This document shows positions 45,447-55,650 of a stretch of DNA of 64,000 nucleotides, one piece after another. This DNA is from an uncultured Gammaproteobacteria bacterium (GTDB taxonomy: Bacteria; Patescibacteriota; Microgenomatia; Daviesbacterales; UBA10151): the NCBI GenBank assembly GCA_964405655.1, contig CAYOOO010000004.1, positions 9,013 to 73,012 of the forward strand. Direction: 5' to 3'. The first letter of the stretch is position 1. Every line of letters starts with the position of its first letter. Under the pieces are notes generated by a model that worked only from the letters and a program-made list of their open reading frames with translations, did no database searches and was not told the DNA's origin. The position numbers and the translations under genes were made by a program.

Positions 45447-46598
45447 TTAAAATAACTGGCGATATAATTGTTCAATTTTACTCCCTATAATATTCGAATT
45501 GTATCTACTCCTAGATCTGATAAAGGCTTTTTTTGCCAGTTCGGATCTTAAAGATTTACTATCTATCAACTTACTCATTTTCTTGACTAAATCTTGACCA
45601 TTTCCCTCCTGAAAAAATAAACCACAACTGCCCACTACCTCTCGAGTAACTTCAGTATCAGAAACAATGATAGGTAGACCAGACGCCATTGCTTCAACCA
45701 AAACCATCCCATATTGCTCTTCCCAGTCTTCTTGGCGTTCACTTGCTAGTATAAAAATATCTGCCAAGTTATATACTTCTGGCATCTTAGAGTATGGCAA
45801 TAAACCTAAGAAGTGAACATGATCACCAAGACCTAGCCTATTAGCTAGCTCCTTGAGTCTATTTTCTATTGCACCCTGACCTGCTAAGATCAATTTAAAG
45901 TCTACCTTGTACTTGGGTAAAGCAGCAACTGCCTTTATTAAGGTTTTAAATCCCTTTGCTTCAACCATCCTACCAATAGATAAAAGGACGGTCTGATCAC
46001 TATTTATTTTAAGCCTTCTTCTTAGCTTAGGGATGCCATTTATATCGGGTTTAAAAAGGTTTAAATCTACTCCCATGGGAATTAATTTAACTTTACTAGG
46101 ATCAGCTCCCTCGGCTATTAAAGTATTTTTGGCTTTGGTTGTCGGAACAACAAAACAATCAACACCTCTTATTACTTTTGCTTTAATATTAATTTGCTGT
46201 CTATAACTTTCATGACTTTTGGGAATAGTCTCCCAGACTGTGGCGACAACTTTTTTTATCATCCCCTTCTCTTTAGCTTTGACTGCCTGCCAGCTATAAC
46301 CATTATAAACTTCTGCAACATGGGCTATATCAAAGCCTTTGATAGATTTTTCCAGATTTATCAGAAATAAAGGACTTCCCAAGATTTGATATAAAAACTC
46401 TATTCCCAAAGGTATTTTACTAGCTATCTCGCCTAAGCAATGTAGATACCTTATGGGAATTTTTAACTCATCAGTTGCTAAGCTAGATTTAACCCCTTTT
46501 GACCCAATTGCCAGGATCTTGTTTTTTGCTCCAAGAGATTGGTAATTTACCATTTCCCACTTATTTAAAGAAGGCCCTCTGATAATTGCAATTTTCAT
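45447..46598 (-). CDS. GT4 (group 1) glycosyltransferase
   Basis: EQYGMVLVEAMASGLPIIVSD motif. Confidence 0.7.
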   Translation of the reverse strand: MKIAIIRGPSLNKWEMVNYQSLGAKNKILAIGSKGVKSSLATDELKIPIRYLHCLGEIASKIPLGIEFLYQILGSPLFLINLEKSIKGFDIAHVAEVYNGYSWQAVKAKEKGMIKKVVATVWETIPKSHESYRQQINIKAKVIRGVDCFVVPTTKAKNTLIAEGADPSKVKLIPMGVDLNLFKPDINGIPKLRRRLKINSDQTVLLSIGRMVEAKGFKTLIKAVAALPKYKVDFKLILAGQGAIENRLKELANRLGLGDHVHFLGLLPYSKMPEVYNLADIFILASERQEDWEEQYGMVLVEAMASGLPIIVSDTEVTREVVGSCGLFFQEGNGQDLVKKMSKLIDSKSLRSELAKKAFIRSRSRYNSNIIGSKIEQLYRQLF

Positions 46599-46603
46599 AT
46601 CTT

Positions 46604-48166
46604 TTAACTGCCCTTTTTAGAAAAAATCTTATTTGATAAGTAATTTAGGGTGATGCTTCTAACCAAAACTAAATCTTTAATTATCTCTTTTTTCATGAAA
46701 ATATATATCAGTAGAGTGTATAAAAATAATCCAAATAGTAGAAAAGCTAACAAACTGATAAGGTTGTCTACTTTATATAAACTTTTCAAGACCAAGATGC
46801 TCAAACCAGTTAAAATAGACAGAATAAGTGGTGGAATAAAGATTCTCAAATAACTAAATGTAAAATATCTGTAAACTCTAGATAGAGTGACAAAAGTGCT
46901 TATGGATACGATCACCATTGCCAAATTAACACCCCAAAATCCAAATATCATCACCAGAGGAACTGTTAAAATCCATTGTAATATCGAGACAATCAAGTAG
47001 AAGTTACGATAATATTTAACTTCTCCCAGTGCTAAGAGTGTATTGACAACTAAAGCATTAATGGCTGTCAAACTGGTTTGGATAATGGCTAAATTTAAAG
47101 ATGTCAAACCATCTAACCAGCGTTGACCATAGATAAATCTTGTTACTTCAGAGGATAATACTAATACTAATGATGAAAGTCCAAACGTAGATATTAAAAT
47201 AATCTGCATAAATTTGCTAAATATCTTCTCTGCTAATTTAAGATTATGTTGCAACCTTGACATCAGAGGAAAAACTATTTGGTCAATAATAGATGCCAAG
47301 ATTGACGGAACTGCAGCTACTCCCCCAGCCCAGGTAATAAGTCCAACTGCTTCTGCTCCACTTAAGTGACCTGGTCCTGGAAATCGGCCAATAAAAACTG
47401 CGATAATTGCACCATTGAATAGTCCAACAATTGTGGTGAGTTGAAAAGAAAGTCCAAGTTTGAAAATTGACTTAAGCTTATTAAAATTAAAGCTAAATCC
47501 GAAAGGCCATGGGTAAAGAAGATAGTAAACTAATAATTGAACGATCTTGCTTAAAGTATAGGCATAGACAAAGCTCGCTGTTCCTAATCCCCAAATTGCA
47601 AATAGAATCGTTGAATACTGAGTGGTGAATAAACCTGTAACCTCACCAATAACACTTCTTCTGTATAGGAGGTGTCTCTCTAGTAGGTTGGGTGAGATAG
47701 AATTTAAATTGCCAATTATATTGGCAAAGACTAAAATCCTTAACCATCCTACTGCTTGCTTTTCTAACTCTCCCCCATAGAAAGATAAGATCAAAGGACT
47801 TAAACTCCAGATAAGCGCTCCAATAAGCAAAGCTAAGAATAAATGAATCCACCAAATGCTTCGCAGAAGAACCTTGTCAGGCTCTTCTTTCATTTGGATA
47901 ATTACTCTCCCTAACCCTAAATCTGCAAAAACCCAAAAAAAGGTTAAAGTAAATTGAATTATGGCAAACATTCCAAAATCTTGAGGAAAAAGTATTCTAA
48001 CTAGAATTAGGTTAGAAAGAGTTATTATTGCTTGATTAACAAATTTTTTAAAAACCAGCCAGCTAAGACTGGTTAGAATTAATTTTTTTACCTTCTTTTT
48101 AGAGTCAAAGTTCCAGATTAATACTAAATTATTCTCTTCTAATTGACCCTGAGAGTTATTTGCCAT
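46604..48166 (-). CDS. wzx: Wzx-type oligosaccharide flippase (MOP/polysaccharide biosynthesis protein family)
   Basis: 520 aa with about 14 TM helices. The N-terminal segment SWLVFKKFVNQAIITLSNLILVRILFPQDFGMFAI is typical of Wzx/RfbX. Confidence 0.55.
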   Translation of the reverse strand: MANNSQGQLEENNLVLIWNFDSKKKVKKLILTSLSWLVFKKFVNQAIITLSNLILVRILFPQDFGMFAIIQFTLTFFWVFADLGLGRVIIQMKEEPDKVLLRSIWWIHLFLALLIGALIWSLSPLILSFYGGELEKQAVGWLRILVFANIIGNLNSISPNLLERHLLYRRSVIGEVTGLFTTQYSTILFAIWGLGTASFVYAYTLSKIVQLLVYYLLYPWPFGFSFNFNKLKSIFKLGLSFQLTTIVGLFNGAIIAVFIGRFPGPGHLSGAEAVGLITWAGGVAAVPSILASIIDQIVFPLMSRLQHNLKLAEKIFSKFMQIILISTFGLSSLVLVLSSEVTRFIYGQRWLDGLTSLNLAIIQTSLTAINALVVNTLLALGEVKYYRNFYLIVSILQWILTVPLVMIFGFWGVNLAMVIVSISTFVTLSRVYRYFTFSYLRIFIPPLILSILTGLSILVLKSLYKVDNLISLLAFLLFGLFLYTLLIYIFMKKEIIKDLVLVRSITLNYLSNKIFSKKGS

Positions 48167-48212
48167 ATCTTTTTCCTTTACAAACTAGTCTGTCTATGTA
48201 AAATTAGCTTAG

Positions 48213-48995
48213 ATGAATAGACCTAATAACATTCCATCAATTTCAGCTGTTATTATAACTAAAAACGAGCAAGAGGTAATTGAGGATTGTTTAAAAAGTA
48301 TTGCTTGGGTGGATGAAATCATTTTGGTTGATGACTTTAGCAGTGATGATACTGTCAAAATCGCCAAAAAATATACTAGAAATGTATTTCTCCACAAGCT
48401 TCAAACACTGGGAAAACAAAAACAATTTGCCTTAGATAAAGCCAGGGGTGATTGGATCATAATGCTTGATGCTGATGAGAGAATTGCTGAGAGTTTAAAA
48501 AAAGAGGTAATTGAGGCAGTTAGCAAGGGTAACTTTGATGCCTATAATGTTTATTTTCATCAATTTTTTTTAGGTCAACCTTTAGTTCCTACTCTTTCAG
48601 GAGGTCATCCCAGGATTTTTAAAAGGGGTCTTGGGAAAATCATTCCTGATGCAATCCACGAAAAGATAGTCATAAATGGGAGTATTGGCCAACTAAAAAC
48701 GCCCATTATCCATCTCTCCCACCGGAGCCTTTCTCAGCTAATCAGTAAGTTTAACCACTTTACAGATAAGGAGGCTAAAATTATGTTTGAACACGGTTCA
48801 AGAGTAGGTAAACTTACAATAATCAGTTCTTTAATTCATAATTTCTGGATCCGCCAAAAAGTCTACCAAGATTACAAATCAGGAATCAGAGGCCTGGTTT
48901 TGACGTCTCTTTTTTTAATTTATCATTTTCTAAAGTGGATCAAGATCTGGGAGTTACAAACTCTGGTAAAAGATGGAAAAAAGAGAAATCACTAA
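48213..48995 (+). CDS. GT2 glycosyltransferase
   Basis: ISAVIITKNEQEVIEDCL...ILVDDFSSDDT...MLDADE. Confidence 0.7.
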   Translation: MNRPNNIPSISAVIITKNEQEVIEDCLKSIAWVDEIILVDDFSSDDTVKIAKKYTRNVFLHKLQTLGKQKQFALDKARGDWIIMLDADERIAESLKKEVIEAVSKGNFDAYNVYFHQFFLGQPLVPTLSGGHPRIFKRGLGKIIPDAIHEKIVINGSIGQLKTPIIHLSHRSLSQLISKFNHFTDKEAKIMFEHGSRVGKLTIISSLIHNFWIRQKVYQDYKSGIRGLVLTSLFLIYHFLKWIKIWELQTLVKDGKKRNH

Positions 48996-49678
48996 GCGGT
49001 TTTTTGGCAAACAAATAAAAACTGGAAAGCTAACCCTTCAGGCCAAAGGCCAGAGATATGATATTCTAACTTTTTAAACCAATTAAATTCTCCTATAAGG
49101 GGATGAATCACCTTCATAAATAAAGGCAGTTGCGTAAAACCACCTGTATAATCGAACTTCACAACCTTTAGTCCTCCCTTCTTTATTAAATCCAGGGCTG
49201 TTTGTTTGGTGAAAAATCTGAGGTGAGTTTTGTCCATAATCCCCCAGTCAGTATACTCAAAGCGTCCCAGTAAATGGGATAACCTATTTGTCAGAAAAGC
49301 TATATTGGGAACAGAGATAATAATTTTTCCTCTCTTATCTAAGAGATTTGACAGATTAAGCAAAGTATCCTCTGGGTTTTTAAAATGTTCCAGGACATCT
49401 GCTAGCAGAATCCTGTTAAATCTTAGTTTTTTTATTTTTCTAAAAATAATTTTACTTTCTATATCGCCAACATAAACTTTCTGGCAGTATCTTAAGGCTT
49501 TTTTTGCTTCTGATGGATCGATTTCAACTGCAGTAACAATATTTCCTTTCTTTTGAAGCTTTTTAGATATGTAGCCGCTGGCGCAACCAACTTCGAGAAT
49601 TTTTTGGTTAGAGCCAATCTCAGCTAGAATTTTAGAGTGAATTCCATACTGGTCAGAGTTAAACCTATATTTACTCAT
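48992..49678 (-). CDS. Class I SAM-dependent methyltransferase
   Basis: ILEVGCASGYIS motif I, ADVLEHF, ISVPN. Confidence 0.7.
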   Translation of the reverse strand: MSKYRFNSDQYGIHSKILAEIGSNQKILEVGCASGYISKKLQKKGNIVTAVEIDPSEAKKALRYCQKVYVGDIESKIIFRKIKKLRFNRILLADVLEHFKNPEDTLLNLSNLLDKRGKIIISVPNIAFLTNRLSHLLGRFEYTDWGIMDKTHLRFFTKQTALDLIKKGGLKVVKFDYTGGFTQLPLFMKVIHPLIGEFNWFKKLEYHISGLWPEGLAFQFLFVCQKTA

Positions 49679-49729
49679 GAATATTTTTCTTGAATTATGA
49701 ATTTAGATTTTGTTATATAGTTAATTTTA

Positions 49730-51103
49730 ATGGGAAACCGGACTGCTAAATTTTTGCGCATCCTCGGGCTTATTCTATCACTTGTTAGTATAGGGACTTT
49801 TATTTGGTTTTTTAATATAAGCAGAGCGACTAACCCAGAAATTAAACTACTCATTTTATCTTTAGGAATTATAATCAACTTTGCTACCATAATCTGTCTT
49901 CTAAAACTAAGTTTGCTTAAGCGTTTTCAATCGATTCTTTTTATTTACCTCTTCATAGTCACCTTTTATCTTATTGTTGAAACTCCATTATCATGGATTA
50001 GCTGGGTGGCTGGATGGGATAGTAGCTGCTGGCTTTTTGAGGATTCAGGTAAAACAATCAGATTCGATCCAATATTCGGTTACAGATTAGAAAAACAGCC
50101 TTCAAGATATGCCAGGATCACCAAACATTACTTAGAGTATGTCGGAATTCAAAAAGGAAATAACTTAGGTTTTCCGGATGATAGTCAATTTGAACCAAGA
50201 AAAGATCGGGTTGGCTTAAAAAGAATTGTCGTATTTGGTGACTCGTTTACTTCAGCCCAATATATTGCTGAAAATTGGCCTCAGCATAGTGAAATTTTAC
50301 TTCAAAACCAAGGATATCAGGTTGAGCTGATGAATTTTTCTCAGGAAGGTATTGGTCTTGCTAACTGGTGGAGAACATTAACTGAGGTTATAGAAAAAGA
50401 CAACTACGAAATCGACGGTATTATCTTTGCTGTTTTCAGAGGGGATCTAAAGAGAAAATTTGTTTTTGCCACCCATCAAAATAATCCTCATCCTTTATCA
50501 GGTCACTTAGATAGATGGCTACCAACCTACTACCCAGCTACTTTAGCAGAGGCAAAAAAGGCTATGAAACCTCTCAGCGAAGCAGTCATTGTCGATTCTA
50601 GTGTTTTTGATAAGGCAATTGGGACTACTCATTGTCCTTTTCAGGTTTCTCAAAAATTCAAACCTTATCTTATGGAAAAAGTGAATATTCAACTTGACCT
50701 AATGCTTCATAATTTTAATAAGGCCAGCGTCAATACTGTTAATAGTAATTTAAGCTACCAGGAAGCTTCAGATCGGCAGAGAATCATCGCCTCAATCAAA
50801 GACTTTCTTACCAAAAAAGGTCTGTCAAGTTTAGTTGTATATATACCTTCAAGAGAAGAAGAGACAAATAAGGCCAGCTCCTACTCGCCTGCTGAATTTG
50901 ACGATACTAAAAAATTTAGTCAAATTCTCGGCTCCTCATTTATAGATGGTAGGGAGCTTTATGCTAAAATGTCAAAAAAAGAGATTAAAAATAGCTTTTT
51001 CCCCTATGATGGTCACTGGAATCAGCTTGGATCAAACCATTTTGCAGATTACATAAGCAGACAGATACCTAATGTTTTCTCTTTAACCAAAGAGTCTAAA
51101 TAG
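49730..51103 (+). CDS. Membrane-anchored SGNH/GDSL-family hydrolase (probable glycan O-acyl esterase/transferase)
   Basis: N-terminal TMs, GDS block IVVFGDSFTSAQY, and a C-terminal DGHWN (DxxH catalytic dyad). Confidence 0.55.
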   Translation: MGNRTAKFLRILGLILSLVSIGTFIWFFNISRATNPEIKLLILSLGIIINFATIICLLKLSLLKRFQSILFIYLFIVTFYLIVETPLSWISWVAGWDSSCWLFEDSGKTIRFDPIFGYRLEKQPSRYARITKHYLEYVGIQKGNNLGFPDDSQFEPRKDRVGLKRIVVFGDSFTSAQYIAENWPQHSEILLQNQGYQVELMNFSQEGIGLANWWRTLTEVIEKDNYEIDGIIFAVFRGDLKRKFVFATHQNNPHPLSGHLDRWLPTYYPATLAEAKKAMKPLSEAVIVDSSVFDKAIGTTHCPFQVSQKFKPYLMEKVNIQLDLMLHNFNKASVNTVNSNLSYQEASDRQRIIASIKDFLTKKGLSSLVVYIPSREEETNKASSYSPAEFDDTKKFSQILGSSFIDGRELYAKMSKKEIKNSFFPYDGHWNQLGSNHFADYISRQIPNVFSLTKESK

Positions 51104-51111
51104 AAAAGCTT

Positions 51112-51297
51112 ATGCTAAAAAACATTGGTCAAGTAGCGGGATTTTTATCTGGTATATTTTTTATGTCTACTGTTTGGTTTCTAATCTTAAGATTATCTGG
51201 ACGCATCCCTCAAGACTTTGGATACTTTCAAGTTTTGATAATTGTAATTTTGGTGGTAATCTCTGGATTAACTTTAACAAAATATCTAAATGGTTAA
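51112..51297 (+). CDS. Small two-TM membrane protein
   Basis: 61 aa, hydrophobic. Overlaps the next small gene by 8 bp. Confidence 0.3.
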   Translation: MLKNIGQVAGFLSGIFFMSTVWFLILRLSGRIPQDFGYFQVLIIVILVVISGLTLTKYLNG

Positions 51298-51541
51298 ACT
51301 AAAGCTTTTTTTTCAAGGATTTAAATTAGGATTATTAGAATTTAGTCAGTCATTAAATGTAATTTTAAATTCAGCTTTACTGTTTGTAGTTTATTTTGCA
51401 GTCATAGGTACAACAGCAATTATTGCTAAGATTTTGGGTAAACATTTCTTGCAGCTAAAATTCTCCAAAAAAACAAAAAGCTATTGGATTGATTTAGATT
51501 TGGATAAAAAACCTTTAGATCAATATCTCAAGCAATTTTAG
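51290..51541 (+). CDS. SxtJ-like small membrane protein (carbamoyltransferase-associated)
   Basis: 83 aa with one central TM. Small SxtJ-like proteins are commonly encoded directly upstream of NodU/CmcH carbamoyltransferases. Confidence 0.4.
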   Translation: MVKLKLFFQGFKLGLLEFSQSLNVILNSALLFVVYFAVIGTTAIIAKILGKHFLQLKFSKKTKSYWIDLDLDKKPLDQYLKQF

Positions 51542-51549
51542 CATACTAA

Positions 51550-53307
51550 ATGTATATTTTAGGAATCTCCTGTTTTTATCACGACTCGTCAGCAGCTTTG
51601 CTTAAAGACAGTGTGATTATTGCTGCAGCAGCACAAGAGAGGTTCTCACGGATCAAACACGATACATCTTTTCCCACCGATGCTATCAATTTTTGTCTTA
51701 AGCAGGCTGGAATTACCATCGAGGAAATAAATTATATCGGTTTTTACGAGAAACCTCTTTTAAAATTAGAAAGAATACTATATCAACATCTCGAAATGTT
51801 TCCTCTGAGTTTAAAAACTTTTTTGTCATCTATGCCCTCTATTTTAAGCCAAAAATTGGCAGTAGTCAGTCTGATAAAAAAAAGGCTGGGATTTAAAAAA
51901 GCTGTCTTTTTTATTGAACATCATCTAGCTCATGCTGCCAGCTCATACCTACCCTCCTCTTTCAACAAAGCAGCTATAGTTACTTGTGATGGTGTGGGAG
52001 AATCGACAACCACCAGTTTTGGGATAGGGTCTGGAAATGACATTAAACTACTTAAACAAATAACCTTTCCTCACTCATTAGGTCTTTTGTATTCAACTAT
52101 TACTGCTTATTTAGGTTTTAGTGTCAATAATTCGGAATATAAGGTTATGGGACTTTCCGCTTATGGGGATAATAACTCAAAAACTAATAAATACTACAAA
52201 AAACTTAAACAAATAATTGATATAAAAAGTGATGGTAGTTACCACTTAGATATGGATTATTTGAATTATCACTTCAGTGACAAAATGCCTTCAAAAAAAC
52301 TTTGTCAATTGCTTGGCGGACCTGTTAGGAAGCCACTTGACCAAATAACTAACCGTCACCAAGATATTGCTGCAGCTGCCCAATTAATGCTTGAAGAGGT
52401 TTTAACAAAAATTTTCCAGTTTGTCCAAAAAACTACAGGTGAGGAGAATGTGGTTTTTGCAGGAGGAGTAGCATTAAATAGCGTCTTCAATAGCAAGATT
52501 CTGAGTAAAACCAAGTTTAAAAATATTTGGATTAGCCCTGATCCTGGAGACGGAGGAGGTAGCGTTGGAGTATGTTGTTATATCTACAATACCATTTTAG
52601 GCAAAAAAAGAATTACTCTTGATAGTGCTTATCTAGGCCCTAAATTTTCTTCAAAAGAGATAGAAAGATTTTTACTTAAAAACAAAATAGTGTTTAAAAA
52701 ATTTAGAAACAAAAAGCAGCTGATAGAAAGATGCGCAAGACTTATATTTGAAGATAAAATCCTTGGCTGGTTTCAGGGTCAGATGGAATGGGGCCCTAGA
52801 GCACTTGGAGCGAGGAGTATTTTATCAAATCCTTGTAATCCAAATATAAAAGAAATACTAAACACAAAAGTTAAGCATCGGGAAAAATTCAGACCATTTG
52901 CACCAGTTGTTTGTCAAGATGACACTAAGCTATACTTTGAAACTGGCTCAGATACTTCAAAGCTGAGCGATTTTATGTTGACGGTTTATCCGATTAAGAA
53001 AATTTGGCGCAAAAAAGTTCCAGGCGTAACCCATATTGATGGTAGTGGCAGGCTACAAACTATTAAAAGAGCTCAAAATCCCCTTTTTTATGACCTGATA
53101 AAAAGATTCGGTCAGCTTTCAGGGGTCTCTATGCTAATAAATACCTCATTTAATATTCGTGGTGAACCAATAGTTTGTACACCTTTGGATGCTTACAAAT
53201 GCTTGATGGGAACAGGGATTGATTATTTAATTATGGGTGAGTTTTTGGTAAAAAGAGATGATAACTCAAAAGATTTTTGGGATAGTGAAAAATATGCAAA
53301 GGACTAA
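51550..53307 (+). CDS. Carbamoyltransferase, NodU/NolO/CmcH family
   Basis: N-terminus MYILGISCFYHDSSAALLKDSVIIAAAAQERFSRIKHD is the conserved Kae1/YgjD-like fold of carbamoyltransferases. Length is 585 aa. The C-terminal domain has GGVALNS and GPRALGARS. Confidence 0.85.
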   Translation: MYILGISCFYHDSSAALLKDSVIIAAAAQERFSRIKHDTSFPTDAINFCLKQAGITIEEINYIGFYEKPLLKLERILYQHLEMFPLSLKTFLSSMPSILSQKLAVVSLIKKRLGFKKAVFFIEHHLAHAASSYLPSSFNKAAIVTCDGVGESTTTSFGIGSGNDIKLLKQITFPHSLGLLYSTITAYLGFSVNNSEYKVMGLSAYGDNNSKTNKYYKKLKQIIDIKSDGSYHLDMDYLNYHFSDKMPSKKLCQLLGGPVRKPLDQITNRHQDIAAAAQLMLEEVLTKIFQFVQKTTGEENVVFAGGVALNSVFNSKILSKTKFKNIWISPDPGDGGGSVGVCCYIYNTILGKKRITLDSAYLGPKFSSKEIERFLLKNKIVFKKFRNKKQLIERCARLIFEDKILGWFQGQMEWGPRALGARSILSNPCNPNIKEILNTKVKHREKFRPFAPVVCQDDTKLYFETGSDTSKLSDFMLTVYPIKKIWRKKVPGVTHIDGSGRLQTIKRAQNPLFYDLIKRFGQLSGVSMLINTSFNIRGEPIVCTPLDAYKCLMGTGIDYLIMGEFLVKRDDNSKDFWDSEKYAKD

Positions 53308-53464
53308 CAACAGACCAATTTTACTAGAAATCTTTGCTTTTCTAAGGGAAAGGAGGTCAGTGTGGCTTATTCCGGCAATTATCTTCTTAATATTAGCAGC
53401 TGTTCTTATTATAGTAGGATCTAGCACAGCTACAGTTTCTCCATTTCTTTATCCAATTTTCTAA
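53294..53464 (+). CDS. DUF5989-like small membrane protein (SxtK-like; start at internal Met)
   Basis: MQRTNNRPILLEIFAFLRERRSVWLIPAIIFLILAAVLIIV matches the conserved pattern of the small protein that follows carbamoyltransferases. Confidence 0.5.
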   Translation: MQRTNNRPILLEIFAFLRERRSVWLIPAIIFLILAAVLIIVGSSTATVSPFLYPIF

Positions 53465-53523
53465 ATCTTAAATAACAGATAGCGTATTATTAGATGCTTT
53501 GATATATTTTGATATTCAAAGTA

Positions 53524-55650
53524 TTATTTATTATGTAAGCTGTTCTGTTTTAATTTAGAAATAATCTTATTACCAAACAAAGGATATGAGAGGAAAAGAC
53601 CTAGGGTTAAAAAGCTTATTAAGTAGCCCAACCAAACCTGCCAGGTAGTTGAGTGCTTAAGAATAATGTCTATTTGGCCAAACTTTTTAGGTTCAAGAAG
53701 GATAAAACCTAACGGGTCCTTGGAAACCCTAGCTGAAACTTTATTGGCTTTATCATAAGCGCTCCAGCCTGAGTCAGCTGTCATCTGGACGAGGATCCCT
53801 TCCCTGTTATCAATCTTGCCTGTAATCTGGTAAGTGCTGTTGTTAATGACTTTAAAATCTAATTGATTTGGGCTGGAATTTTCCAGCCAATTAATATACC
53901 TTAAAATTCTTTCCTTATCGTCAGCCTTAACAGGAACCTTAATATTCTTAATTTGATCTAGATTGATTGATTTAGATAGGGATTCCTTTTTTAAGGGAAT
54001 CTGATAAATAATATCTGCACCCAGCTTGTCTTTGACAGGATAATTCTCAAAGCGTTCAAAGTTTTTAGTATCATGGTAAAGCTCAGTCGAGCCTGGAGTA
54101 GTTATAACAGCATATTTGGCATTGATTATTCTTAGCCAAGCATCAGCGATTTCTGGGCTTTTACCATTGGTTAACTGATAATAGATATGGTCTGGCCATC
54201 TATTAGTTGAGGCCTGATAAAGACCACCTCTTAACTGCCAGATATTACTAAACCAGTTTAAATAAAATCCATAGTTTCCAGATATAAAAACTCTCTCCCC
54301 TTTTGATAGGTCAACATCTTCTTTCAAGGCTTGGGCTACTTTAAATTCAGAAGTTTTTTCTAAATCAACCACTTCTGAGGCTGCTTGATTTGCGGTTTTA
54401 ACAAAGGGTTTGATATAAGTTGAAGAGAAGACTAAAAATACTATTACCAAAGCCCAAGTAAAAATATTAGCCATCTTCCATTTCCTCTCTAAAAGTCTAG
54501 AAATCATTCCTACAAATATACCAATCAAGAGGGCCATACTAAGATCAACCTCAGCGTTATACCTTAAAGCCTGAGGCAAAAGTTCTATTCTATAAGCAGA
54601 CTCATCTGGAGGAGCTGACAAGTAATAGGTTGCCACAACAGTAAACATCAGCAAAAACCAGACTAGGCTGGAGGCTAAACCAAAGTCTTTGATAAAGCGG
54701 CGGATTAGTATAAAAGCTATGAAAATAGCCACAAAGCCTGCTATCCATCCCCAAGGAAACGAAGAGATTAAGATATTACTTGTACCTCCACCTTCTCTAA
54801 AAAAGGTTGATAAAAAAGTTAAGTTATACCAAAAAGAGATTAGGCCTAAAGAAGCAACTCCGGCCAGAATAAAAAGTAGTAAGTTTTTGCTGCGGTTTGT
54901 ATCTGACTGACAAAATTTAACAAAAGCCATCGAAGCCATCAAAAGAATCGTGGCAAATAGACCAATCGCATTCGTTAGACCAACCAAACCAACAAAGATG
55001 GCTGTTAAAAACAGATTAACTCTTTTGGGCTTTTCTAAAAATCTGGCAAAAAAGAGTCCAGCTATTGGAATAAAAATTAGCGAAAACAGGTGAGGTCCTT
55101 CTCCCCATCGAACCAGAATAGTAAATCTTCTGGGATCCCAGAAATCTGCTGAAAACCTATCTTGAGCGACTTCTCCACTTTCTAGAATAAAGTAGAAGAT
55201 AGTTGGCAAGACTGAATATAAAACACCTGCTACTACTCCTCCAATTAGTCTTTTTGATAGCTGCCAAGCCAAAAAAAAGAGCGAAACTGGGCCAACAATA
55301 TAGGCAAAGCCAGTTAAGTTGCGGTAAGCCTCCCAAAGCTCGAAGCCCCAAAATTTATGCAGCATTGCCTCAAGAACTGGCAAAAGCGGCGTATAAAAAA
55401 CATGGAAAGGAAATCCTAGATACCAAAAAGGAGCCCAGGATGATCCACCAACTGGCAGACCAAAATCCACCAAAAATCTGCCCATTGAGACATAGGAAAC
55501 CTCGATTGAGCCTATATTAGCTGGTCCATTTTTTCCCAGCCAGCCTGAGATCATCTGGTAATTTAACCAATAGAGAAAAATCACAACTAAGATCGCAGAG
55601 ACAAAAGTTATGAGGACGCTTAAAACCTTCTTTTTAGAAAATTGTGGCAT
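53524..55650 (-). CDS. Polytopic membrane protein with C-terminal extracytoplasmic domain (same family as the giant paralogs)
   Basis: 708 aa. N-terminal ~12 TM, then NWFSNIWQLRGGLY, the counterpart of the W..PL.RGY motif of 32484/35530. C-terminal TM. Confidence 0.45.
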   Translation of the reverse strand: MPQFSKKKVLSVLITFVSAILVVIFLYWLNYQMISGWLGKNGPANIGSIEVSYVSMGRFLVDFGLPVGGSSWAPFWYLGFPFHVFYTPLLPVLEAMLHKFWGFELWEAYRNLTGFAYIVGPVSLFFLAWQLSKRLIGGVVAGVLYSVLPTIFYFILESGEVAQDRFSADFWDPRRFTILVRWGEGPHLFSLIFIPIAGLFFARFLEKPKRVNLFLTAIFVGLVGLTNAIGLFATILLMASMAFVKFCQSDTNRSKNLLLFILAGVASLGLISFWYNLTFLSTFFREGGGTSNILISSFPWGWIAGFVAIFIAFILIRRFIKDFGLASSLVWFLLMFTVVATYYLSAPPDESAYRIELLPQALRYNAEVDLSMALLIGIFVGMISRLLERKWKMANIFTWALVIVFLVFSSTYIKPFVKTANQAASEVVDLEKTSEFKVAQALKEDVDLSKGERVFISGNYGFYLNWFSNIWQLRGGLYQASTNRWPDHIYYQLTNGKSPEIADAWLRIINAKYAVITTPGSTELYHDTKNFERFENYPVKDKLGADIIYQIPLKKESLSKSINLDQIKNIKVPVKADDKERILRYINWLENSSPNQLDFKVINNSTYQITGKIDNREGILVQMTADSGWSAYDKANKVSARVSKDPLGFILLEPKKFGQIDIILKHSTTWQVWLGYLISFLTLGLFLSYPLFGNKIISKLKQNSLHNK

